From a virus: 64,000 bases of DNA. The first letter of the stretch is position 1. Every line of letters begins with the position of its first letter. Where the stretch lies: positions 47,302 through 111,301 of IMG/VR virus record IMGVR_UViG_3300036770_004732, one strand, 5' to 3'. The notes under the pieces were generated by a model, which had not been told where the DNA came from, did no database searches, and saw nothing but the letters and a program-made list of their open reading frames with translations. Shown here piece after piece: positions 43,467-53,708 of the stretch. Made by a program: the position numbers and the translations under genes.

Positions 43467-44347
43467 TTTTTACAAATCCTATTTGCTATAGTATTTAAAC
43501 ATCCATCCCAGGTTAAGTATTTCTCATAAACTTGTTGCCCATAATCAATCATATCTTGATATTTACCACTCTCCAATAAGTCATCAACTTTCTTCGGAAT
43601 AGATTTGATTTGATCTTCATTAATTAATAAAGAAACTTTATCCCATTCAATAACATCACTAAATGGTAACCAAAATTCATCACTAATATAAATTGGAATA
43701 CATTGCATCTGAATTGCCTCATACATTCTATAAGACGCTGGACCATACCCTCTAGGAGAAAGAGCAAAAACAGAATTATAGAGTATTTCTCTAAATTTTT
43801 GAGTTCTATTTGGATCGTGTGAATTGATAAAAAATTCATATCCATCCAAACCATTAAGACACTCATACATTTTTTTACGTATAGGGTGTGTTTCTACACC
43901 CGCAAATCCTACTTTATTTTGTCTAATTTCCTTTGGTGTACCACTATGAGGATCGCACAAGAGTGGTATTGGTTCATATACTGAATTTTTACCAAGAGGA
44001 GAATTAAAATTCCCCGAAGACCCAAATATTAAACAATCATCTATTGGAATCAGTGTTCCACCATCATATTGAACGATAGTAAAAAACTTTTCATCTGGAT
44101 ATTTTTGAATTACTCCATTACAAAAATCAACCAAAGGTTGAATATTTTGACCATATTCACCCCCAGGATTAATGTGCCAAGAAGTCCACTGAATCGGTAT
44201 ATAAATGTAATCAGATTCTAATTCCATTTTAGTAGAAAAAAAGTTATATGCTCTTTCTTCTATCATAGGATTCCATCCCTGGTGGGGTGGATATACTACC
44301 GGCATTTTGGGTAAAAATTTTTCTGGGGTATCTAAAATACGTATCAT
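43460..44347 (-). CDS. exostosin-family (GT47) glycosyltransferase
   Basis: FALSPRGYG..SYRMYEAI...CIPIYISD..LPF. Confidence 0.85.
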   Translation of the reverse strand: MIRILDTPEKFLPKMPVVYPPHQGWNPMIEERAYNFFSTKMELESDYIYIPIQWTSWHINPGGEYGQNIQPLVDFCNGVIQKYPDEKFFTIVQYDGGTLIPIDDCLIFGSSGNFNSPLGKNSVYEPIPLLCDPHSGTPKEIRQNKVGFAGVETHPIRKKMYECLNGLDGYEFFINSHDPNRTQKFREILYNSVFALSPRGYGPASYRMYEAIQMQCIPIYISDEFWLPFSDVIEWDKVSLLINEDQIKSIPKKVDDLLESGKYQDMIDYGQQVYEKYLTWDGCLNTIANRICKKC

Positions 44348-45093
44348 AAGTCTAAAATTAAATTTTGATAATAATCAACAGATTTCTGCGAATTTCCTCC
44401 ACAAGAGTGCCAATTGCTATCTTGGCGAAGTCTATGATTATGACGAAGTTTATCAACCACTTTGAATTCGCCACCATTCTTTAACCAAAAATAATAACAG
44501 GCAGCAGTATCTGCATGAAGCAAAGGAATAGAGGTATCTTGAAAAGGTTTTTCTAAGAAATCAAGATATGTTTGACGATTAAAAATATAATTACCACTAT
44601 TCAAAAACCATCCAAACCATTTTGTTTTTTTAATTAAAGCATCCTTTGATTCTTCGATTCCTATGGTTTCATATTTAAAACTATAATCGGAAATTGTTTC
44701 ATAGTCAACATTATTATCAGTTTTACAAAACAATTGACGTGGAGAATAACAAATTAAAGGGTTATCATCTGAAATTGTTCTAATAATCTGATATGTTTCT
44801 TCAAAGGGGTGATTATCACTATCCAACATATAAATCCAATCATTGGCACAATTTTTAACAGTAACATACTTATTTCTAAATGCTCCAAGATTTAATTTAT
44901 TTCTAAACAATTTAATTTTATTCGAGTTCAAATTGTCAATAATTTCTATTAGTTTTTGAAAATGATATTCATTCGAACAGTCATCATTAACAACAATTTC
45001 AGAAACAAAATCATCATCAATGGCATATTTAATACAATCAGTAAAATACTGAGATGTATTATAAAAAGGAATTGCAAGAGTAACGTTTTTCAT
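44344..45093 (-). CDS. GT2 glycosyltransferase
   Basis: IPFYN, VNDDCS and LDSD motifs. Confidence 0.85.
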   Translation of the reverse strand: MKNVTLAIPFYNTSQYFTDCIKYAIDDDFVSEIVVNDDCSNEYHFQKLIEIIDNLNSNKIKLFRNKLNLGAFRNKYVTVKNCANDWIYMLDSDNHPFEETYQIIRTISDDNPLICYSPRQLFCKTDNNVDYETISDYSFKYETIGIEESKDALIKKTKWFGWFLNSGNYIFNRQTYLDFLEKPFQDTSIPLLHADTAACYYFWLKNGGEFKVVDKLRHNHRLRQDSNWHSCGGNSQKSVDYYQNLILDL

Positions 45094-45941
45094 AAAACTT
45101 TTCCAAAGAACTCAATAACATGGTCAATATTTGGTGATTTACTGAATGTTGGTGCATTCAAAATTTTTTGGGCAAGAATATCATCCTGATCAACTTGAAT
45201 CACTCTTTCAACCAAAGTATCAATAGATTCGAAATCTTTCAAATTAATACAACATTCGGGATTAAACTCTAATCCCCAAACTTCATTATCAGAATGATAA
45301 ATTGGAATATTACCTGCAATTCTTGCGTGCATAAGTTTTTCAGTGTACCAACCCGGATGAATTGTTCCCTCATAGCAAATAGAAAATTTATAATCAGAAA
45401 TTACTTCTAATTTATGATGCTCACCATCAGGAATTCGGTTACTTGCCCCATAAGTATCAACTGTTTTATATTGACTCAATTTTGCAATTGTATCCAATCT
45501 GTTCTGAAATGGACTATTAAACATTATAGCACAGAACTTATTTTTTGGTTTTGATGAATAAGGATTTGGCCGATCAAAATAATCCAAAGGAATTAACCAG
45601 TCTGGATTATCATAAGATCCTACATTAAACCAATCCACATAAAAATACCATAGAGGTATTCTGAAGTTGCGTCCATTATAGTCATCATAGTCAGAACAGA
45701 GACTATATTCTGCCTGATCATAACGACCCGTAGGACGATTGTTTTCCCCAATAAAACAAAACTTTCGACAATTATATTGACGATGAGAGTCTCCAAACTC
45801 ACCGTAAATAATCAAATCTGCTTCATGTGGTCCGGTAACTTGAACATTCTCCTTTGCTTTTTTAATGCAATGAATTAGAAAATTATTATATGGGTTAAAT
45901 GCCTTAGGTGCTCCCCAAAAATCAATAAATGCTATTTTCAT
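45090..45941 (-). CDS. GT10 alpha-1,3-fucosyltransferase-like
   Basis: YKFSICYE...GWYTEKL...GNIPIY motif; GEN.RP. Confidence 0.88.
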   Translation of the reverse strand: MKIAFIDFWGAPKAFNPYNNFLIHCIKKAKENVQVTGPHEADLIIYGEFGDSHRQYNCRKFCFIGENNRPTGRYDQAEYSLCSDYDDYNGRNFRIPLWYFYVDWFNVGSYDNPDWLIPLDYFDRPNPYSSKPKNKFCAIMFNSPFQNRLDTIAKLSQYKTVDTYGASNRIPDGEHHKLEVISDYKFSICYEGTIHPGWYTEKLMHARIAGNIPIYHSDNEVWGLEFNPECCINLKDFESIDTLVERVIQVDQDDILAQKILNAPTFSKSPNIDHVIEFFGKVL

Positions 45942-45942
45942 T

Positions 45943-46614
45943 TTAACCTTGAATTGTACTTCTATACATAGAATTTTGCGTTGCTAGTGGCGGTTCAAAC
46001 CAATAATTTTTAAGTGAGTATTTAATTATAGCATAATTATAATAAAAGTCAGAAGCCTCAGAAGTATTTTTTAGATCTTGTAAAATAATATTTGCTCCTT
46101 TCTTACTTAAAATATAACAGTGAGTGCAACGAGAGTAATCTTTAGAATATATTTTTTGTCCTTCAACATACTGATCTCGATGATAATGATACAAACTTAA
46201 ATTACAACAATCTCCCACCCAACCAACATCCCAGTCTTCGGGCATTTCAGCAATATATTCTTGAAGTTGAGATAAAAAATTATCACATAAGACAACATCA
46301 TCTTCCAAAATAAGTCCATAAAAATCATCACTTTTTGCAATTTGTTCGATAATGTAACAATGTTTAAGAAGTAAAGATATTTCAGAGTGTTTTAAATGCC
46401 TTCTCGTAGGATTCCAACGATTACCTGGAGTAAGTCCAAATACATTTGGATACTCTTTTTCTATTTCTTCCCTGTCCCAAGTTTCCACATCATAAGATTC
46501 AACCCATTCAACATCAGAAAATCCTTGTGCTTCTAGCACTGGAAGAAGATTATTTTTTCGTTCTACAAGTTTAGACCAATGACATACATAAGTTTTCATA
46601 ATATCTACATCCAA
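45943..46614 (-). CDS. GT25-like glycosyltransferase
   Basis: EISLLLKH, ILEDD and THCYILSKKGA motifs. Confidence 0.8.
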   Translation of the reverse strand: MDVDIMKTYVCHWSKLVERKNNLLPVLEAQGFSDVEWVESYDVETWDREEIEKEYPNVFGLTPGNRWNPTRRHLKHSEISLLLKHCYIIEQIAKSDDFYGLILEDDVVLCDNFLSQLQEYIAEMPEDWDVGWVGDCCNLSLYHYHRDQYVEGQKIYSKDYSRCTHCYILSKKGANIILQDLKNTSEASDFYYNYAIIKYSLKNYWFEPPLATQNSMYRSTIQG

Positions 46615-47237
46615 TTTCCAATTTTTAAATTAGGTATTTTACTCAATTGTTCTACGAGAATGTTATGATCATAATCTCCAATCAAAAGATTATTATTATC
46701 ATGCCATTCAATATAAATTTCATCAATTAAGTTTATGGTATTTTCTTTAAGCAATTTAGGAATAATTTCAAACTCTGCACCTTCAATATCCATTTTACAA
46801 ATTACATAATCTTCTTTGGATACATTTTTAGTCAAAAAGTCAGAAAAATCAATACACTCAACTTCCATATCATTAGATAACCAATTGTCTTGAATCCAAT
46901 GAGGTCTTCTCCATTTATCGCCCATAATATTAGAAGCACCCCCTGCCTTTAAATCATATCCAAGGTGCTCTCCAGTATGCATACATATATATTCTCCAGT
47001 AAAAGACTCTAGAGTAAGTATTTTTTTACATTCTTCAACCCACAATGCAACTTCATGAAAAATAATAGTATAATTTTTAAATTTCTCATCAGAAAATCGT
47101 TTTTTTGAATAGTCTAAAGCGTGTGGATTTGGTTCAAAGCAATGAATTTCAAAAGTATCATTTATCAATTCTCTCGAAATAAATTGATTTAAACCTTGCC
47201 CCAAATTAGTACCACAATCTAAAAAAATATTTTTCAT
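46605..47237 (-). CDS. FkbM family methyltransferase
   Basis: LDCGTNLG, FEPNP and KMDIEGAE motifs. Confidence 0.85.
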   Translation of the reverse strand: MKNIFLDCGTNLGQGLNQFISRELINDTFEIHCFEPNPHALDYSKKRFSDEKFKNYTIIFHEVALWVEECKKILTLESFTGEYICMHTGEHLGYDLKAGGASNIMGDKWRRPHWIQDNWLSNDMEVECIDFSDFLTKNVSKEDYVICKMDIEGAEFEIIPKLLKENTINLIDEIYIEWHDNNNLLIGDYDHNILVEQLSKIPNLKIGNWM

Positions 47238-47992
47238 TTTTCAAACCACCTTTTTCTCCATTTCTGACCACCGGCAAAATGACGAATAATTACATCATTT
47301 GGTTTAACATAATTAATCAAAAAATCACATCCGGATTCACCTGGAAGTTCAGTGACATTCCATTCTGTCGGTAAAAGTTGCACATTTTGATAAAGTTCTT
47401 CTAAAGAATAAACCGTCCAGTTATTCTTATCGGTGTGCCAACCAAAATTGGGAAGTTCCCAAAAAGGAATATCAGAATGTCTTTTAATACCGGCAAGAGA
47501 ATACCAAGATGCTTGATCATAAAAAACTTCCCAAAAACTACTATAAGTTCCAAATCTTTCATGAATAGTTAATTGATTATGAAGATTATTATATCTTTCT
47601 TCATCTACAATTAGATCAAACAATTTACGAGTCCAATCGTTTACGCGGACAGAATATGAACCCATACAATGAGTATTTCCAGAGTCAATAGAATAAGCAA
47701 AAGATTTTCCCTCATCTGGAACATATAACATGTCTCTTTTAACAATGGCCATATCCGCATCTAAACAAGTTAGAATATCACCTTCTTTAAGTGTTGATTT
47801 TAATAATTCCTGAACTTTAAACGGTTTAATCCACCCAACTTTACCTCTTACAGGATCCAATTTTTCAGTAATTTCAACATATTCGAATCCATGAATTTGA
47901 CAGTACTCTTTATTTCTCGGAGACATATAAGTCTCAAAGAATTCTTGTCTCCAATCTGGATAACTAGCAATAACCATTAAATATTTTTTCAT
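47234..47992 (-). CDS. GT34-like (GMA12/MNN10) glycosyltransferase
   Basis: NKEYCQIHGFEY, W.KP, LDAD, DQA and HFAG motifs. Confidence 0.75.
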   Translation of the reverse strand: MKKYLMVIASYPDWRQEFFETYMSPRNKEYCQIHGFEYVEITEKLDPVRGKVGWIKPFKVQELLKSTLKEGDILTCLDADMAIVKRDMLYVPDEGKSFAYSIDSGNTHCMGSYSVRVNDWTRKLFDLIVDEERYNNLHNQLTIHERFGTYSSFWEVFYDQASWYSLAGIKRHSDIPFWELPNFGWHTDKNNWTVYSLEELYQNVQLLPTEWNVTELPGESGCDFLINYVKPNDVIIRHFAGGQKWRKRWFEK

Positions 47993-47996
47993 GTGA

Positions 47997-48806
47997 TTAA
48001 AAAGGTTCGTAACGTAAAATTTTCCAATTTGATCTATATAGGTCTTCCATACTAATATTTTCATACCAAGGCCAAGGAGCAATTGTTTTCTTACTATTTG
48101 CTAACCAGGATCCCCACCAACTAAAAGAACTATTAGATATTATATGATAAGTACACAAAGATTGTAGACAAAGATCTACAGAAGTTGAATTATTTTCAGA
48201 ATAATGGAATCTTTCTTGTTTAAAAAACTCCTGATCTTTACACCATTCAATATCATCAGAGACTAGCATTACTGGAAGATCCTCATCAAAATTTTGTAGG
48301 GCATCTTTCGCATATTCAACACCATAAGGTCTATGCGTTTCACTATAAAGAAGATAATCAGTTCTGCGGATATGTAATGAAATAACAGGATCGTCTCCAA
48401 AAGTAGAACTGAAAAATTCATTTACTGGTTCTTGAATCTCGTCAACGAAAGTAAATGCCTTTCTAATCTCTTCTTCAATATGTTTGAAATATTTTTCAGT
48501 CTGAAAATATCCATATAAATTTATATTATCTGGACAATTATTCCATAAATTTTCATCTAGAAAAAAATTTTTTGCCTCCATATACTTTGGAAAATTTGTA
48601 ATATGTCTTGGAGCATCAGATAACTTAAATGTTTCAAATATTGTAGTATCAGAATTTCTACAACGTTCATCTCTGGTTGCTACAATTTCTCTTGGTGGAA
48701 GACAATAATCGTAACCATGTTTTGTAGCAAGACCTCTTAAAGAGGCATACTGAAACATTTGATTTCCTAGTCTTCCTAAATTTCCTAAATCATCATTTGA
48801 TAGCAT
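47997..48806 (-). CDS. GT11 glycosyltransferase
   Basis: GRLGNQMFQYA, HIRRTDY and NSSFSWWG motifs. Confidence 0.92.
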   Translation of the reverse strand: MLSNDDLGNLGRLGNQMFQYASLRGLATKHGYDYCLPPREIVATRDERCRNSDTTIFETFKLSDAPRHITNFPKYMEAKNFFLDENLWNNCPDNINLYGYFQTEKYFKHIEEEIRKAFTFVDEIQEPVNEFFSSTFGDDPVISLHIRRTDYLLYSETHRPYGVEYAKDALQNFDEDLPVMLVSDDIEWCKDQEFFKQERFHYSENNSTSVDLCLQSLCTYHIISNSSFSWWGSWLANSKKTIAPWPWYENISMEDLYRSNWKILRYEPF

Positions 48807-48814
48807 AAATTACC

Positions 48815-49603
48815 TCATATTATTTTCCAGTGTAACAGGTACAGATCACTTGTATTATAATTTATACAATCTCCAGAAAACCATTTTTTAGGAGCAGTTA
48901 CATTTTTACTATCCGCTAACCATGCCCCCCACCAACTAAAAGTACTATTGCAAATAATATGATAATCACACTGACTCATAATGTATAAATCAAAATATGC
49001 ATTTTCAGTTTCTGATATTAAAAATCTGTCGTCCGAAAACATTTCTTGTTTTTTACACCAGTCAATATCATCGGAAAAAACAAGAACAGGTAGATCTTGA
49101 GGAAATTGCTCAAGAGCATCAATATAATATTGATTACTTTGTACGGGATGATTGGGGTTTGTTACAAAATCATTACGTCGAATGTGAAGTGCTATTGATC
49201 CTTTATACTCCTGAACTATTTCTCGACATTCTTCTTGTATATCTTTTTTAAAAACAAAATCAACAGAACGCAATTCTTCCTCTATATCTTTAAAGTATTT
49301 TTCAGATTGAAAAAACCCTACAAAATTATGATTCCCTTGAATATTATTAATTAAATCTTGATCATAATGAAAGTATTTTTCATGAATGTTCGGATACTGT
49401 TTCATTTCTCTATTACATTCAATATCAAAACATTCATCTATATTACTAAAAAGTCTTTGATAATAAAATTTGCCAAATACTTCTTTTGGAGGTATGCAAA
49501 AAGTTGCATTATATTTTTTTGCAACTGCCTTTATGAATGCATATTGAAACATTTGGTTTCCCAAATGTCCATTATTACCCAATTCATTTATAGAAAATTC
49601 CAT
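48815..49603 (-). CDS. GT11 glycosyltransferase
   Basis: GHLGNQMFQYA, HIRRND and NSTFSWWGAWL motifs. Confidence 0.92.
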   Translation of the reverse strand: MEFSINELGNNGHLGNQMFQYAFIKAVAKKYNATFCIPPKEVFGKFYYQRLFSNIDECFDIECNREMKQYPNIHEKYFHYDQDLINNIQGNHNFVGFFQSEKYFKDIEEELRSVDFVFKKDIQEECREIVQEYKGSIALHIRRNDFVTNPNHPVQSNQYYIDALEQFPQDLPVLVFSDDIDWCKKQEMFSDDRFLISETENAYFDLYIMSQCDYHIICNSTFSWWGAWLADSKNVTAPKKWFSGDCINYNTSDLYLLHWKII

Positions 49604-50758
49604 TTAAAAAACACTCTCAAGTAACCTTAATTCTTTTTCATTAACAAAGTGATTATTTCCAAGATATATTCCATTATTATGAATAAACTCAATAGTTAAC
49701 GTATCTTTATTAGTTATTATATCATAACCTTTTAGAAAAGGTTGCTTTAGCAAATTACCACTAATAATTGGTCTATACTCAATACCAATCTCTGCAAATT
49801 TTTGTTTTAAATCATCTGCAATCTCTTTTGTTTTACATAACAAAGGAAAGCAAAAATTACTACAAGTTGGATAATACTTTGGTGTAATAAATTTATCTGG
49901 ATATTTTTTTACCAATTCTATAAAATTTAGGTAATTTTTATTTCTAATTTCTATATACTTATCAAGTCTTTTTAGTTGTGATAATCCAATTACTGCACAA
50001 AGTTCATGATTTCTAAAGTTATATCCATCTGTTATAAACAAAAATTCATTTGATATATCTGGATACTGATCCACATATTCTTTATATCTAGTAGATTCTC
50101 TTGCTAATCCATGACTCCTTTTCATGCGCATCAGGTCATACAATTCATAATTATTAGTGGATACCATTCCACCTTCAATTGTTGACATATGATGTCCAAA
50201 ATAAAAACTAAAAGTAGCACCTAAACTATCAGATCCCCTTTTAGATCCATCTGGAGATTTGCACCCATGAGATTCGCATATATCATCTAAAATTAAAGCA
50301 TTGGGGAAAAGAGTACGACATTTTTCAGTGTTAGCAGAAAATCCAATTAAATGTGTAACAAATATCAATTTAATATCAGGATGTTTTTCTGCAATATATT
50401 CAAGATCTTCTTCACAAAAACTAAAGTTTTTTATATTAATGTCACAAAATATAGGAGTAAAACCTAATTGGATAACTGGTCCAACATTAGTTACCCAAGT
50501 ACAAGAAGGAACTAAAACTTTATCACCATCATTCAATCCATAAAGTTCTTTTACTGATGCCAAAAGTAAATAATTTGCCGTGCTTCCAGAAGAAACATAT
50601 AAAGAATACTTTGAACCTAACCAATCATTCCATTTAGATTCAAATTCTCTAACTTTTTTACCATTAGTAAAACGATCAGAAGTTAAAACAAATTTAGCAA
50701 GATTAAATCTATCACTTAAAGTGATATTATTTTTCATCAAAGGCCATTTAAATTTCAT
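49604..50758 (-). CDS. colD: PLP-dependent DegT/DnrJ-family enzyme, ColD-like (GDP-4-keto-6-deoxymannose 3-dehydratase)
   Basis: VSSGSTAN and D.CESHG; SFYFGHHMSTIEGG has His at the usual PLP-Lys position; adjacent to gmd and fcl. Confidence 0.75.
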   Translation of the reverse strand: MKFKWPLMKNNITLSDRFNLAKFVLTSDRFTNGKKVREFESKWNDWLGSKYSLYVSSGSTANYLLLASVKELYGLNDGDKVLVPSCTWVTNVGPVIQLGFTPIFCDINIKNFSFCEEDLEYIAEKHPDIKLIFVTHLIGFSANTEKCRTLFPNALILDDICESHGCKSPDGSKRGSDSLGATFSFYFGHHMSTIEGGMVSTNNYELYDLMRMKRSHGLARESTRYKEYVDQYPDISNEFLFITDGYNFRNHELCAVIGLSQLKRLDKYIEIRNKNYLNFIELVKKYPDKFITPKYYPTCSNFCFPLLCKTKEIADDLKQKFAEIGIEYRPIISGNLLKQPFLKGYDIITNKDTLTIEFIHNNGIYLGNNHFVNEKELRLLESVF

Positions 50759-51677
50759 TTTTTTTATACCATTCGTAAGTTGTTTTAATACCTTCAAACA
50801 AAGAAATTTTAGGATTCCATCCTAAAAATTTAATTTTATCAACATTTAATAATTTTTTAGGAGTTCCATTTGGTTTAAGTGTATTCCAAATAATTTCTCC
50901 ATTATATCCAACAACATCACAAATAATTTCTGCAAGTTTTTTAATACTTATATCTTCACCGGTTCCAACATTAATATGATCTGGACTATCATACATTTTC
51001 ATACAGGTATAGCAAGATTCAGCAAGATCATCAACGTGTAAAAATTCCCTCATGGGGGTTCCATCACCCCAACATTCAACATAAGGAAGATTCATTTTTT
51101 TTGCCTTATGAAATTTTGATATAAATCCAGGCAATACATGTGAAGTTTCTGGATTAAAATTATCATTAGGGCCATAAAGATTTGTTGGCATTAATGATAT
51201 GGCATTAAATCCATATTGTTGATGATATGCTTGACACATTTTTACTCCTACAATTTTTGCCAAGGCATACGCATCATTTGTTGGTTCTAAAGTACCAGTC
51301 ATTAACTGATTTTCTGTGATTGGTTGAGTTGCAAACTTAGGATAAATGCAGGAGGATCCAAGAAATAAAAGTTTTTCTACGCCCCAACGATATGCAGAAT
51401 CAATAATATTAGTTTGAATACGTAAATTTTCAGTTAGAAAATCTGCTTTATAGTTATTGTTTGCCATAATACCTCCAACTTTGGCTGCAGCAACAAAAAC
51501 ATACTCAGGTTTTTTAAGTTTAAAGAAGGTATCAGTTGCTTCTTGATCTGTAAAATCTACGAATTGACGAGTGCCTTTGATTATGTTAGTATATCCTTTA
51601 TCTTCAAGGTTCCTCACAATTGCCGAACCAACCATTCCATTAGCACCAGCAACTAATATCTTAGAATCACTGTCCAT
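50748..51677 (-). CDS. fcl: GDP-L-fucose (or colitose) synthase
   Basis: [31 protein letters not shown] and NLYGP motifs. Confidence 0.93.
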   Translation of the reverse strand: MDSDSKILVAGANGMVGSAIVRNLEDKGYTNIIKGTRQFVDFTDQEATDTFFKLKKPEYVFVAAAKVGGIMANNNYKADFLTENLRIQTNIIDSAYRWGVEKLLFLGSSCIYPKFATQPITENQLMTGTLEPTNDAYALAKIVGVKMCQAYHQQYGFNAISLMPTNLYGPNDNFNPETSHVLPGFISKFHKAKKMNLPYVECWGDGTPMREFLHVDDLAESCYTCMKMYDSPDHINVGTGEDISIKKLAEIICDVVGYNGEIIWNTLKPNGTPKKLLNVDKIKFLGWNPKISLFEGIKTTYEWYKKNEI

Positions 51678-52668
51678 AAACGCACATATCCTCAACTAAT
51701 TGTTCAAATGAAATTTTAGGTTCCCAACCTAATTTTTGTTTTGCCTTAGTGGCATCACCTAATAAGGTCTCTACTTCAGCAGGTCGAAAATATTTAGGAC
51801 TCACTCTTACAACCTCTCTTCTAGTAAGTTTATCAACACCAACCTCATTTAATCCCTCACCTTCCCAAACAATATTCATACCAAAATAAGGTGCTGCTGC
51901 CTCAACAAATTCACGAACTGAGTACTGCTCTCCTGTGGCGATTACATAATCATCTGGTTCATCCTGTTGAAGCATTAACCACATTGCTTCAACAAAATCT
52001 TTGGCATGTCCCCAATCACGTTTTGCATTCAAATTCCCGAGATATAATATATCTTGTTGCCCAGTTGAAATAGATGATAATCCTCTAGTGATTTTTCTTG
52101 TGACAAAAGTTTCTCCTCTTCTAGGGGATTCGTGATTGAAAAGAATTCCAGAACTTGCGTGTAATCCATAAGACTCTCTGTAGTTTTTAACAATCCAGTA
52201 TCCATAAAGTTTTGCAACTCCATATGGTGAACGAGGATAAAATGGTGTTGTTTCTTTTTGTGGAATTTCTTGAACTAGTCCATAAAGTTCGGAAGTAGAT
52301 GCTTGATATATTCGAGTTTTCTTTTCCATTCCCAAAAGACGAACTGCTTCAAGAATACGAAGAGTTCCTAATCCATCAGTTTGTCCAGTATACTCAGGTA
52401 TTTCAAAAGATACTTTTACATGACTTTGAGCACCTAAGTTATAAATTTCATCAGGTTGAACTTGTTGAATAACTCTTACAAGATTAGTAGAATCGGTAAG
52501 ATCTCCATAATGCAATTTAATGTTGTTGTAAATATGATCAATTCTATCAGTATTAATAAGAGAACTCCTCCTAACAATACCGTGAACTTCATAACCTTTT
52601 TCCAAAAGTAATTCGGCAAGATAAGATCCATCTTGCCCTGTAATACCTGTAATTAATGCTACTTTCAT
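51667..52668 (-). CDS. gmd: GDP-mannose 4,6-dehydratase
   Basis: [24 protein letters not shown] and [16 protein letters not shown] motifs. Confidence 0.97.
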   Translation of the reverse strand: MKVALITGITGQDGSYLAELLLEKGYEVHGIVRRSSLINTDRIDHIYNNIKLHYGDLTDSTNLVRVIQQVQPDEIYNLGAQSHVKVSFEIPEYTGQTDGLGTLRILEAVRLLGMEKKTRIYQASTSELYGLVQEIPQKETTPFYPRSPYGVAKLYGYWIVKNYRESYGLHASSGILFNHESPRRGETFVTRKITRGLSSISTGQQDILYLGNLNAKRDWGHAKDFVEAMWLMLQQDEPDDYVIATGEQYSVREFVEAAAPYFGMNIVWEGEGLNEVGVDKLTRREVVRVSPKYFRPAEVETLLGDATKAKQKLGWEPKISFEQLVEDMCVYGQ

Positions 52669-52696
52669 AGAGTATAGTACTTTTTATCATTATAAT

Positions 52697-52725
52697 AAAA
52701 AAAAGAGGTTTATGCAACCTCTCTT
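52697..52725 (-). terminator. rho-independent terminator
   Basis: agaggtt/aacctct stem followed by a T run on the minus strand. Confidence 0.6.
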
Positions 52726-52732
52726 CAATAAC

Positions 52733-52880
52733 TCAGGCTCGCCACTTATTTTTTATCTAGAAATAAGAAACTAGGCGGGGTTTCCCCATCCACACCAGTC
52801 GGCATATTTAATGTCCAATCCGACGAGGACATAAAGGGTCATTGACTCCACCACCTAGTTTTGCTTAACTAGGAAAAGTT
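52733..52880 (-). ncRNA. wcaG/manA-like structured RNA (repeated UGGYG modules) upstream of gmd
   Basis: Three TGGYG motifs, each preceded by an H-type pseudoknot; context upstream of gmd/fcl. Confidence 0.7.
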
Positions 52881-53088
52881 GGATTAGTTTTGGAATTTCT
52901 ATAGCAGCATAAAAACCACATAAAAAAAGAATATCCCAAAACTTATATTTGATTGCAAAGGGAACAACAAAGATGTTACCAATACATTTTACAAATAATC
53001 CAAGTTTCATATCCCCCCATAACAGAAAAAAGTATCCTGATAAGAGAAGAATGTTACCAATGTATCTGAATACATTAGACTTTTTCAT
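52855..53088 (-). CDS. small membrane protein (three hydrophobic segments)
   Basis: Hydrophobic 77-aa ORF. Confidence 0.6.
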   Translation of the reverse strand: MKKSNVFRYIGNILLLSGYFFLLWGDMKLGLFVKCIGNIFVVPFAIKYKFWDILFLCGFYAAIEIPKLIQLFLVKQN

Positions 53089-53133
53089 AAAGGGGTTGCT
53101 CTCGACCAGGGCTAATTTATAGTCTTACTGAGA

Positions 53134-53349
53134 CTATGCAACTTCAACAGACTCAAGATCGCTTTCCAAATATTCCATTAACATTTCATAATCATCAAGA
53201 GGTTCTCCAGAAAATACTACACCTTCGTTTTGATAGTAACGAAAGACCTTTTTATAAAGTTTCGGATTCTTTACATCAAGGTAGATTTCCCCGTTAGCAG
53301 CAAGACGAAGAGTGCTAACATCTTTCTTGAATTTTTCGATCAGAGACAT
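53134..53349 (-). CDS. conserved cyanophage hypothetical protein
   Basis: YLDVKNPKLYKKV..YY..EGVVFSG.PLDDYE. Confidence 0.75.
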   Translation of the reverse strand: MSLIEKFKKDVSTLRLAANGEIYLDVKNPKLYKKVFRYYQNEGVVFSGEPLDDYEMLMEYLESDLESVEVA

Positions 53350-53426
53350 TGTTATGTTTGAATTACTCAGATATTATAAGTGTTTGACTGAATTTAGTCA
53401 AGTGTGCCAGTGAAGTAACTGGCAAG

Positions 53427-53500
53427 TCGGGCATAGAGGATTTGAACCTCTGGCCTTTCCGCCCCAAACGGAACGCGCTACCAAACTGCGCTAATGCCCG
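53427..53500 (-). tRNA. tRNA-Pro(UGG)
   Basis: Cloverleaf; anticodon arm ttccg-tt-TGG-gg-cggaa. Confidence 0.95.
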
Positions 53501-53622
53501 AAGTGTTCTATTTGATGACAATTAGAACAAAGAACTTCACATTTATTTGCTTCTTTCTTTATACTTTCAAGACACATACTTTTTCTTACCATATCTGCGA
53601 CATTGTGTTTTTTGTCGCTAAG
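53491..53622 (-). pseudogene. C-terminal remnant of an HNH endonuclease
   Basis: LSDKKHNVADMV...IKKEANKCEVLCSNCHQIEHFGH-stop; no N-terminal half; stop lies inside the tRNA-Pro 5' end. Confidence 0.65.
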
Positions 53623-53667
53623 GCACAAGTGTAATATACCTCATAAGGGCATAACAGGGACTTGTGC
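53623..53667 (-). ncRNA. 45-nt hairpin element, copy 1
   Basis: gcacaagt/acttgtgc outer stem; homologous to 58745-58789. Confidence 0.55.
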
Positions 53668-53679
53668 TCTGTCTTACTA

Positions 53680-53708
53680 ATTATAAGACTTTTTACACAC
53701 TTTGTCAA
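53680..53708 (-). promoter_or_regulatory. consensus sigma70 promoter TTGACA-17-TATAAT
   Basis: Perfect consensus and spacing. Confidence 0.8.
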
